A stretch of 61,742 bases of DNA, filler included, from Jimgerdemannia flammicorona (Eukaryota): assembly GCA_003990765.1 (NCBI GenBank). It is 3 parts of 3 records of this genome, joined end to end, with 100 filler letters (N's around TTAATTAATTAA, not from the genome) between each part and the next. Parts side by side here need not be neighbours in the genome. Positions count along the whole stretch, not along the records: positions 1 to 20,516 come from RBNJ01001663.1; 2 more parts are not named here. The stretch is one strand, 5' to 3'. Shown here piece by piece: positions 1 to 11,685 of the stretch. Each line of letters opens with the position of its first letter. The first letter of the stretch is position 1. The translations under genes were made by a program, and so were the position numbers. The notes under the pieces were generated by a model that was not told the DNA's origin, did no database searches, and was given only the letters and a program-made list of their open reading frames with translations.

Positions 1-52
<52 letters not shown>
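1..52 (+). repeat. poly(A) tract, probably the tail of a LINE lying upstream of the window
   Basis: 52 A residues abut a truncated minus-strand LINE ORF2; other LINE ends in the window carry similar tails. Confidence 0.6.
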
Positions 53-54
<2 letters not shown>

Positions 55-2822
55 AAGTATTTAAATACCAATATCCAGGCCCCTTTCTGCTTCTCCCAAA
101 CCTCCCATAGCCCAGCAAACCCCAGTAGTCAGACCAAGGACACCAGACTATCTCAATTATACTCCAGACATCTGCTCTCTAGTACTCAGTAGTCAATACT
201 TAGTCAATTCTTAATTCTAGTCCTACTACCTAGTGAGTATAGACTTAATGATCTTCTCACCCAAGTTACCCTATATCTACCAGTGAGCTCAATCTCTTAA
301 TCTCCTCTCAGTCTTCCATCTCCTCACTCCTACTCATCATCTCTCTCTCTTCATTCTTCTTGTTCAGCAGTCTATTATATATCATATTAAAATCACCCCC
401 CAGATAGTCAATCTCCTTAGCTACCAAAATACCTATATCTTTAGTCTCTTTATTTACTCCATATACTTCTCTCTTTCCACTGGGCAGTAATATGACTCAA
501 TAGTCAAGGGGCTCTAGCCTGACCTCCTTCATATGTACTCATCATATCACTTTACCTCCCTAATGTCCAATATCCCCAATATCCTCTTTACCTTTCCTAA
601 CCAAAATACTCATCCAACCCTACTACACTGCTATACCTCTCTATTCTCTTGTCCAATCCTATATGTCTAAATCAGTATCATAGTCTATATTCTACAATAA
701 GAATAGATCTGTATCCAGTTCCTTTAACTAGCTAAAGATATTCCAATACCTTGTCACACCTCTCAAATCATTGATATTTAAAGAGAAGATTCTAGTTATA
801 CTGTTTATATTGAATAATGTTTAAAGAGTAAGTACCCACTCTATAATTCTATACTTATTATATTGCCAGTAACATCTAGGTTTACTCTGTTTCAAACTCA
901 TCTGCCTCTCTCTACTGAGCATCTAGTACTTCCAAGATCTCTCAATAGTCTATATAATTTACTATCTTTATGTCAGACCAGTAGTCCTCACACACCACTT
1001 ACTACTTCTCTAACTTCTTCCTAGGTCTCTATAGATATACTGCTCACTCATTCATAATAGTTAACAGTACTGTCTCTCTAGTATCATCTACTTTATATTT
1101 CTCTACCTCTAACAGGTCTACCAATAGTTCATTATGAAGCTTCTGCACTACCCCCTCTCCTTATAGAATCTTATCTCAGTGTTACTTACTAATCACTCTA
1201 AAATTCACCTTACCTAACTTGTCTGCTGCAATATTCATCAATGTCCTCTATAGCTACTTCTCCTCCCCTATGACCTTATCAATACCCAGGGCCACCTCCT
1301 GCCCCCCTGCCCCTAGACCCCTCTCTGTATTCATCCTTACTGACTCATCCTAGTCCTCCTCTAATATATCCTACAGCTCATCAGTTTCCCCCCCTTTCAT
1401 GGACACCTCATACTATACTTGGGTCTCCTCCACCATCATTATATCCTCAGCTGCTACACTCTGCTTAGAGCTTCCCCTCTCCTCTAGAATCTCTGTAGGA
1501 GCCCCCTTCTTTTTCTCTACTCAAGTACTTGCCCTTAATCTACTACTAACTATAGTAGTATTGCTCTCTACTCTCTCTTTCAGATTTGCCAACAGGTCAT
1601 TCTAATATTGTCTCTCTTGTGCCCTCTCCCATGCAGCCTTATCTAGTTATACTCTTCTATCATTCACTATTTCAATCACTATTCTAGCCTCAAACTCTCT
1701 CCAGACCAGCCTTCTCTTCTTTATAACTTCAGCCAGATCTTCTAATATCTTCAGCAAGTCCTCCTCCTCTCTGGTAACCCCTTCACTCTTGAGATCTTAT
1801 ACTCTACTAGTCTCTACTTCAGCACTACTAGCCAATTCTGTCCTTTCCTTATATTCTATATCTACTAGCCTAATCCAGACATCCACATTACTAGTCCAGA
1901 ACTTAGTCTCTTCTCAGACTTGGAAACTAATATCTATCACATTGTTATACTCCTTAATGATGTCCACAATTAGCCTCCTGATCACTTCCTTCTTCACTGT
2001 AGGTATATTCACTATCATCAGTTATACTACCCTGGAGTTCTAGCACAGATACCAAGCTATTGAAATCACTACCCCTCTTACTATAATATCTTTCTCCAAT
2101 ACTCTCAACATCAACTTCTTCTCCTTAAAGCTCACCTCCACTCCTTCCAGTCTCTTTAAGAACTTTACTGAAGCTGCTCCTTTTACCTCTTGAGCCAGAA
2201 GACTCAGAACCATTTTTGCTATAACTGCCAAATTTTAGAAGTATAAAGTAATAGTAAATTTAGATACTAACTTCTTGAGTAATAGTACTACCACCAAACC
2301 TATTACACTATTGGTCAGGTCTCCAGGCCTTATATCTCCTCCTAGTCCAGCCCTACTATCAGCCATCATATCTAGATTTTTTTTCCAGATTAGCAGTCCC
2401 CCCTCTATTAGTAGTTCCACTCTTTCTAGTCTCTACTCCCCCAGCCCTAACACTACTACTACCATGGGTCTCTCTGCCAGGCCTTGCAGTCTCTTCCTTC
2501 TCCTTACTCTTCTATAGTTAGCTCTCCAGTTCAGTTGCTGAATATCCTATCTTAATCTTATTAGTAAAACTCATTCTTCCAGATCTCTGCCTGCTGGTCT
2601 CTCCTTGTCTACCTTCTTGTCCACCAGCAAGAGTACTCAGCAGACTCTCCCCCAATCTGTAACTCCTCTCTACATACTGTCAGTCAAATATACTAGAGTT
2701 GTCCTACTCTGCACACTCCTCAGAATACTCATTAGTTGCTATATTATTATTATCTTTTCTCCAAAAATAATGTTAAGAGAGTTATCAGAAGCTTGTATAA
2801 TCTGAATTATACTAGAGAAAGG
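53..2822 (-). mobile_element. Decayed LINE family A copy (5' UTR, ORF1, start of ORF2 AP-endonuclease)
   Basis: Minus-strand fragments (DLTNSVIGLVVVLLLKK, GAASVKFLKRLEGVEV) match ORF1 of the copies at 18.8, 53.2 and 57.9 kb; ORF2 start near 810; 5' end reads ctttctctag at ~2822. Confidence 0.85.
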
Positions 2823-3714
2823 TATCTTGGAGGTGGAAATAATTACCACTATAGCTTATTAAATTCAATAACTTTAAGTATAACTAGAATATTAGAAAAT
2901 AAGAACTATAGTTATATTATATTCTACTACTATACTAGTTAGCTTCAAGTTACTTAAGCTAGATATCTTTAATAGTCATTGATGAGAACTGACTATAGAT
3001 ACATAAATCTTCTAATTAGACTAATACTTTAAACTTATAAGAATGAAAAAAGATATATAAGTCTAATTTGCCACTATACTTCTCTGAGAAAATATAGCTA
3101 TTTGATAATATAATTATATCATGACTACTACTATCCATCTATTTGAATATAAGAATTCAAGATTGGAAATCCTTCAAAGAGCTACTAATATTACTAAGCT
3201 AGTTCAAGATAAGCTAGCAAATATTAAGTAACTTAAGTTTATACAAAGTTATAATATATAATTTCTGTCAATTCTACTTAAACTATCTGTAATATCTGAA
3301 GATAAAAAGATAGACTACTATATCCAAGGTCTGAAAGAAAATACATAAGTCAAGATCAAGCTAGAAGAGCTACAGACTCTCAATGAAGCTATGAGAATTA
3401 CTGATAGATTTAATGTTATCACCTTTGATAACTACTTTGAACTAGAATACTATAGAAGAACTATTTTGAGAACTGTTACAAAAACTAACCCAAAGTAGTT
3501 GGCCCAGCACCAATAGATCTAAATGTCATAAACAAGAAAAATACTAAGCTTATCTCTGAAGAAAAAGACTATCTGAAGAAATCTGAAGCTTATTTCTTCT
3601 ACTATTAAATAGAATATATTATATCCAAATATTCTAAGAAGATTAGCAAATTCTCAAGATCAGTTACTATATTATCTAAGATATACATACCTATTAATCT
3701 CACTACAAGTCAAT

Positions 3715-5335
3715 CTAAACTTAAGATCAAGAAGCTTTATCTGAAGACTCAGATCCTATAATATTAATCAGAAGAGGCTATTGGTCTTGACCTATACTTT
3801 ATCAAGCAAGTCATTATTTTAGCTAAAGACTGAACTCTAATACCTACTGGAATTATAGTCCAATGTCCTGAAGTATATTATATCAGAATTATACTATGAT
3901 TAGAACTTAGTATTGAATATTATTTAGATATTAATACTGATATCATTGACTCAGACTATCAAGGACAAGTTCAAGTCTTACTTTTTTTTTTTGTTTAATA
4001 GACTCATGTCCCGCAGATTTTTATTGGAAGGGAACCTAGACTATATAGGCCAAAACCCTCCCCCACTACCCACCAAGCACTGCCCCCCCATTAACCTAGG
4101 CTAGCTATTGTCCAGCAGCTCGACCATGCCAGGCGCAGCAGGGCTAATAAGCCCGCACCTCATTCTGCGCACCATGCTCTCCCTACTACCAGGGGAAACC
4201 CAACCATATGCCAATGACTAAAGGTGCATGTCTGAGAACCCAATGTATGTACAAGGCCACACCCAAGCTGAATAGAATAGCCCCCGCCATCTCAAAGAGA
4301 ATGACAGGCAAATAAAAAATCCTCATCAAAGCACAATATGGTGGGTAGGGCCTGGTTCTCTCAGTTGAGGTAAGTAAAGGACTTACATGTGAGGTGGGAG
4401 GAAACCCCCAATACCCTACTACTCAAGCCTGCAGGCCTCAATCACATTGCCATGTCAGCTCCCAGTTCCAGTTGAGTGCAGCCAAGATGCCTGAAATGGG
4501 TAGCCTCAGGCCTTCTGACCCTCCCTGATGACTGGGGCCCAACCCCGCTGACCACCAAAAGAAGCCAATAGTGATACCTACCATCTAACCACGCTGCACT
4601 AATCAAAAGGCCCCACCGAAGCAGCACCTGCCCCAGCCCTGACAACTGCCCCCAGCCTGGTACTCCACTGGTTCACCATAATCATCCTTCCGCCTATCTG
4701 TGATGACCATCTCCCCTCCCATCTCAACAACACCTGAAAAGCAGTCACCTACACCAGAACCACGCTTGCCAGGAAGCTTGCCAAAGCCAGAGGGCCCCAC
4801 CACAGGCACCGAGGACCTGCAGGTAACCTACACTGAGCACTTGACGCCCAAGGTTGGCCGACTCTCTATGTAGCCCGAGACACACCGAGACAACTCCTTG
4901 TTGGCGACGGCAAAAGGAAGAAGGCACCGCACCAAAACGGGTACACCCCAGACACAGCTGAAGGTACCAGAATCTGTGAAAAAGTAGAGGAAGCACCGAT
5001 CTGATACCGACAAAGGGGCAACTCATCACTATTGCCCTCCTCCCACCATACCCCTGCAGGCACAGCAAACCAACCCGAGGTAGAGGGGGTATTATTAGGG
5101 GAAAGGGGACTCGGAAGGTCGCTTACCAAACCTTGTGACCGGTAAGATAGCGGAGAAAGGAGCCTGAGTTCAAGTCTTACTTATTAATTAAAAGAATCAA
5201 GACTATATAGTAAAGAAAGAAAACTGAGTTGTACAAATAATTCTAGAAAAAGCCAGTCAACTCAAGATTATAGAAGTCTAAAAACTATCTGAAACTAAGT
5301 AAGATTAGAAAGGTTTTGATAGTACTGATTAAGCA
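3715..5335 (+). pseudogene. Retroelement dUTPase domain between gag and protease, split by an insertion
   Basis: Motifs IGLDL, LIPTGIIV and IIDSDYQGQVQVLL precede the insertion; VVQIILEK and a GFGSTG-like remnant follow it. Confidence 0.8.
3984..5166 (-). mobile_element. ~1.18-kb non-autonomous LINE-mobilised element (SINE-like), copy 1
   Basis: Poly(A) tail appears as a T-run from ~3982; TSD agttcaagtcttactt at 3968-3983 and 5167-5182; colinear second copy at 16376-17563; no RT or endonuclease coding. Confidence 0.9.
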
Positions 5336-6058
5336 GTAAGTCTCACTAAAAATCAAGCTCAAGCTATACTCATTTTTAAAGATCTAGTTAAAGAAAAAGA
5401 GGTTTAAGTACTCATAGACAATAGAGCTGCAGGAAATTTCCTTAACTAGAATCTCATTGAAACCCTTAAGATCCTTATCAAGCCTATACCCAAGAATAAT
5501 AGTATAGTTACTACAGATGATACACTATATCCTATTGAGTCAATTGCAGCCAAACTATCTATCAAGATTCAGAAATATTAGAAATAAGTAGACTTTTAAA
5601 TTATACTACTAGGAGATTATAATTTGATCTTAAGAAAACTCTGGCTTACTAAATACAATTTAAATATTGATTTAAAATAGAGTCAATATTACTATCAAGA
5701 TAGATAAGATTATAATTAAAATCTAGATTGTAATACTGTTAGCAATATAATATAAAAAAACACATATATATTTTTGTTATAATAATCTATTTCAAGAAGT
5801 AAGATAAGAAGCTATCAATCAATAAAAGTGTTAAGTTATTACTTGAATAATTCAAAGATGTCTTTCTAGACAAGCTATCTGGTCTACTCCCTATATAAGA
5901 AGTTGATCATAAAATCAAACTAACCCCAGGAGCTGTATCACCTAAGAAATATATATACTATATATTATATCTTAAGATTGAAGTAGTTAAGAAGGAACTA
6001 GAAAAGTTACTTATATAAGAAGTTGTTTAATCAAGTAAATCCCCCTATGGCTCACTAG

Positions 6059-6249
6059 TAGTGCTCTCAAATAAATCAAATCAATTTGAATTGAATTGAA
6101 TTGGGAATTTTTTGATTTGAATCAAATATGAATTGAATTTAATTAGACCTTTGATTCAATTTAAATCAAATTGAATTAGATCTTTAATTTGATCAAATTG
6201 AATTAAATTTAGATCAAATTCAATTTAATTCAATTTATTGGGAACATTA
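6059..6249. mobile_element. hAT-type MITE inserted in the gypsy RT
   Basis: TIRs tagtgctctcaaataaat / atttattgggaacatta; 8-bp TSD ctcactag (6051-6058) and ctcatcag (6250-6257); internal aattg/ttgaa repeats. Confidence 0.8.
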
Positions 6250-6458
6250 CTCATCAGGTTTATTTGTCAAGAAGAAGAATAATACTCTGTAAATATACAT
6301 AGACTACTAAGTACTCAATAAACTTATAGTTAAGAACTGATATCTGTTATCCTTAATTGATTAAAAATTTTAATACTCTTAAGAATACTATATACTTCAC
6401 TAAGCTGAATCTTATGTCAGATTACTATCAAATCTGAAAATATTCTCAAGACTGTATT

Positions 6459-6569
6459 TGTAATAAAATTATATTATAATATCATAAAGAATAATATCAT
6501 CAAGCTGACACTATCATATTTATATTACTAGTAAGATTATATATTAGAAAAACTGAGAATATTAGTAAG
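6459..6569 (+). repeat. ~110-bp LTR-start-like fragment, repeated at 8335-8445
   Basis: Starts TGTAATA and aligns by eye with 8335-8445; it sits where the RT catalytic core should be. Confidence 0.55.
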
Positions 6570-9500
6570 TAGTTCTGGAGATCTTATAAAAATATAAACT
6601 TTATACAAAGCTCAAGAAATGTGAATTCTTCAATAAACAAGTTGAATATCTTAGTCATATTGTCTCTATATAAGAAATTTAAGTAGATCTATATAAGATA
6701 GAGATAATTTAAGAATGGTCTATTTTATCAAATCTTACAGAACTTTAGTCCTTTCTTAGTCTAGCTGACTACTTCTATTACTTTATTAGAATTTCTCTGA
6801 TATACTAAGCTACTGACTAATCTCATAAAAAAGGTCTCTCACTCTGATCTTTATATACTTTATATCTGAAACCTCTTCTATCAATAAGTCTTCTTAGAAC
6901 TCAGAATTATCTGACTTATGCTCCAGTTTTATATAATGCAGACCTAAGTCTAAAATTTACTATTACTACTAATATATCAAATTTTGCTATTAGAGTAGTC
7001 CTGTTATAAGATGATAGTAAAGAACATCACTTTATTACCTTTGAATCTCACAAGTTGACCCTAGCTAAATAAATGCTAGCTACTTATAAGAATGAACTAC
7101 TGGCAATAATATGTATATATACTAGACTACTAGTGATATTATCTAGAAGATATTGAGTTTGATGTCATTACTGACCATTAATCTCTTAAGTATATCAATA
7201 TCTAATCTACTCTATCTTATTTATAAGTTAAGTAGAACCTAAAACTTCAAACTTTCAATCTGATGATTATCTATAAGTCTGGCAAAATACTTGTAGTATC
7301 AGATACTTTATCTAGATATCTAGACCTTACTATAATTATATAAGTCACCTTGGTATCTAAATTTCTAGACCAAATTAGATAAGCTTATAAAGAAGATACT
7401 ATTGCTACTAGAGTTTTCTTGAATGAGCTCAAGGATATATATACTATTAAGGACAATCTGATCTATCATTAAAACTAAGTCTATCTATCTGATAATAAGA
7501 ATCTATACTATAAGATATTATAAGAATACTATAACTTCTCACTTATCCATTATCTTGGAATTAAGAAAACTGTTAAGAATATTCAGTATTACTACTATTG
7601 GCTAAGTATAATTAAGGAGATCAAGAACTATATTACTAGTTATAATCTCTATCAGTATAATAAGTCTACCAATCAAGTACTAGCTAGTTTACTATGATCA
7701 CTGTCAATTCTAACTAAGAAATTTGAGTAAGTTATAATAGACTTTATAACTTAGCTACTGTGAACCCAATCTGGTACTAATACTATTTGACTATCTAACC
7801 AAAACTATAATTGCTGAATTAACTACTACTAATGCTACTATATCTGAGATTACAAGAATCTTCTTCAAGTTCATCTTTCATCATTATGGCCTACTATGAG
7901 TAATTATTAGTAACTATGACTCCAAGTTTATCAATCACTTCTGGTAAACTCTCTTTGAGACTCTGAGAACCCAATTGACTATATCTACTGTCTTTTACCT
8001 TCAAACTAATAGATAAACTGATCATATAAATAGAACTCTAGAATAAATACTCAGAAACTATATTTCTTATGAGTAAGATAATTGAGACCATTATATGATA
8101 TATATATTTATTAACTTTAAGTCTAAATTTATACTAATTAATATTATTTTTATTAAAAATATGAGTCTTATATCTAAATATATATATTAAGTAATATTTC
8201 TTTTGAATAATAATATATTTTAGTTATTTATAATAAAGCTACTTTTAATATTAATAATAATCTTAACTATAAATAGAGACTAAAAGAGAAGTTTTCTTTA
8301 AGAAAAATAAAATAAAGATACTAATATAATAATTTATAATAAAATTATATCCTAACATTATAAAGGATGATATTATCAAGCTGATATTATTAGATTCATA
8401 TTACTAGTAAGATTACATACTAGAAAACTTAAAAATATTAGTAAGATTATAGTTAGCTCTCTTTAGTTAATAATATTATAGTAATTATACTAGTTTCTAT
8501 ATTAGTCTAGTATATGCTTTAAAAATAGACTAAAATGCTAAAAATAGTATAAGACTAAATTAGACTATAACTTCATTAATATCATAAGCTAAAATAGTTT
8601 ATAATATTATAGAAACTAAAGTATATTAAAATTAGCTACTAATATTATCAGTCTTCTGATGTCACAAGCTAGTAAGATTTTCAAGACCAGTGATATCATA
8701 AGCTAAACTAGACCATGATAAGTAATAAAATCATAGTTACTATATATTAAAATGGTTTATTTGGTAAATAAATAAAAAGTCAGCAATTGGCTTTAAAAAA
8801 TAATTAACCAAATAATAACTATATGAACTCATAGATATATACTCTCAAAAAACAAACTAAGTATAAATAAATCATATCCTCTCTCTCTGAATATATATAT
8901 CTACTATATATTTTAGAATATTATCTTTAATCATTAATACTAGTTTACCTGAAAATATATTAACTTAGATATATATAATCTTAAGTAGTATTTATATATT
9001 ACTAATGAAATTATATCTAAAATATAACAGATTATCAGATACTTCATAACATTAAGAGACTACTAAATAGATAGACTTATTATCAGAAGTAGTATAAATA
9101 CTATAGAAATCTTAGATGAATATAATATCTCTATATTTAGATAATATATTTTACTCTATATCTACTAATTGTTCAGAAGAATACTCTTTACTATTAGTAA
9201 TATATAAGATATTGCTCTTGTTTAAATTAGTAGTCTCAATGATATATATACTATATAAATAGAGTTAGATCTCATAAATGACTTTAATTTATAATATTAT
9301 TAAAATAATAATACTTGGTCTTATGAAAATAAGATCTTCAACTCTATCATTAGTTTTCTTCAAAGATCAATTATATAAGTCACCATCTTTACCAATATCT
9401 GGCCCTCTGACTACTCTATCTCTTCTAATATTAAACTAGTTTCTGACTGGTCTTCTATATTATTTAAGACTATAAGATCAGAAGTTAGCTCAAAAGAGCT

Positions 9501-10104
9501 AATCTGTTTCTCACTCAGTATAGAAGCAGATAAAAGACCTCTAATCTCTTATATAAAGGTCTATTACTACTTCATGATATAATATATTATATTACAAAGT
9601 CTTAGTTAAAATCTAAAATAATTATCTCATAGTTAGCATATGAAAATTATATTATAAAATAACATTATTATAACTTAGTAATAATACTATTATAATATAA
9701 CTTTATATTATTTTTAGTAATCTTCTATCTTATATCTTTTAGTCAATAGTTAGTTAATATCTAAATATCTTCAAAATGTATAAATACTCCCAGAGAAGCA
9801 ATTTAATAAATAATAGAATATTCAATTTAAAAAAAAAAGAGAATAATTAAAACTTAAGTTTATAATATATAAATAAGTCTCTGAATAACTTTAGATTAAA
9901 AGACTATATCTAAAATTAGATATTCTGAACGCTATAAATACTGAACTCTGAAGAATCTAAATATAATTCTCAGAACTAGATTATATCTAAAAAGAATATA
10001 CTAAAAGATTTAGACTTTAAGAAATTAAAGTTTATAATTACCAAATTATTATCCAAGTCTACTAAAAAGAGACTAAATTAATTAAGAAGTACAACAGATA
10101 GTAT

Positions 10105-11403
10105 TGTAATATGCCTGGCTCAATGGAGGCAAATTACAAGATTGAGAGTTGATGTAGTTTGGCTTGAGCTCTCAGTTACTTTGTCAAAAGTAATAAAATG
10201 TTCTATAATTTCTGATAGCCTTGTTAGTGTTTAGTGGTATAATAGTCAAAGCTGAATATCTGTAAGTAATTTCCTTATTGGGATGGTTCTCTGGGGATAG
10301 CAGTGATTTGTATATCTTTTCTTCTTAGTCAAAGTAATTTCTGTATAGTATAGTAATCTCCAAAAATATGTAATTTTTGGATGATGGTCTTGTTTCCAAA
10401 AGTATATAATTTCTGTATAATGATCTCTGTATAGCACAATGATCTTGTATAGTACAGCAGGTTTCTTATATATGACAATCTGATAATTTGGTAGATTTCT
10501 TATATAGTTCAGTGGGCAACTTGGTTTGAGTGTGGATTCTCCTGAAATAGCTCACTGAGAATTATATTGATGGTGGGTTCTCTGAATTGGGCTCACTGGG
10601 AATAAACTAATAACTCAGATAGTATAGATAACTCAGTTTTTCTGAAAATATAGCAAATAACTTGAAAATGGCAGATGATGCAGATTCTCCTAAATCAGTG
10701 AGTTTCTTTAGAATAATAACTGGTAGCAGATAACTCAATAACTCAGATTCTTGGCAAGTTATATCAAGACTGACTTTATTTGTATAAATGAATCACTGTG
10801 AAGTTATATTTAATAGACTGGCTTGTAGCAAGATTCTTATAGATTCTCTGGGAATATGGGTAACTTCTTCAGACTTATCTAGTAAGTAAACTAAAATATA
10901 ACAGATTTTTCTTAAAAACAGTGGCTTATTTCTTAAGTGGCAGATTACTCAAATAGCAGTAAAGTTCTTTCTTGAACTTAGTGGCAAACTTCAGGCTTAT
11001 CTAGTAAGTAAACCAAGGCTTTATATCAGAAAGTAGACTGGAGTGAGAATAAGAGGACCAATGCTCAATCTTTAGAGACTTCTTTGGTTTGTACTTCAAT
11101 TCAGACTGAGATTTATTCACTCTTGTCTCTGGGGTATTTTATATATTATAGTTGCTATCTGGTTGCTATATGGCTAACTATAGATTTGCTATCTATAGTA
11201 AGTATGCTGGTTCAGCACAGGTGTATAAGTCTAGCACAGGTGTGTAAGTCTAGCACAGATGGGGAGAGAGTTGGGATAGTTGGAGAAAGGGTGATTTTCA
11301 TTCATGAGGGTGTAGGGAGGGGCCCCCCTGTGGGGATTAGATAGTGGGTCAGAATGATGTATATTTACTCATAGACTGGTAATAAAGGCGGAGTCCAAGT
11401 GAC

Positions 11404-11441
<38 letters not shown>

Positions 11442-11685
11442 GTCTAGCACAGATGTACAGGTCTAGTACAGGTATACAGGTCCTGTACAGATATACCTTA
11501 TCTGATAGTCTGGCTATTTATATAATTTTCCACAGCAATAGTTGCTGTGTCTGGTTACTATACTATATATTCACATCATCTGACTAATTATTCATATTAT
11601 CTGGCTAATTATTCATATCATCTGGCTAATTGTTCATATCATCTAGCTAAGTTATAATTCAGGTAGTATGTTTTAGTTTATCACA
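10105..11685 (-). repeat. 3' LTR (TGTGA...ATTACA) with internal 20-21-bp tandem repeats
   Basis: TG...CA termini; TATA plus AATAAA at ~11110-11145 (minus); tandem units gtgtaagtctagcacag and tcatatcatctggctaat. Confidence 0.7.
11262..11437 (+). mobile_element. 5'-truncated LINE 3' end
   Basis: Ends aataaa..gagtccaagtgactat(A)n; 18-bp TSD gtaagtctagcacagatg at 11244-11261 and 11438-11455. Confidence 0.9.

Larger units (their letters stand above)
2823..8100 (+). mobile_element. Heavily decayed Ty3/gypsy internal region (gag, dUTPase, protease, RT, RNase H, integrase)
   Basis: The gag resembles the 17.8-18.7 kb gag (GPAPIDL); protease LIDNRAAGNF at ~5410; RT SPYGS/LFVKKK and KCEFF at ~6040-6630; RNase H at ~6960-7320; integrase (MDFI-like, DSKF, QTNR) at ~7500-8100; many stops. 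Confidence 0.85.

Noticed and set aside
4520..4560. CTGATGA hammerhead-like core in the 1.18-kb element
   Set aside because: It is antisense to the element, absent from copy 2 and has no suitably placed GAAA stem
8450..10100. AT-rich remnant with short gatatcataagct-type repeats
   Set aside because: Probably old LTR or TE debris; no assignable motifs
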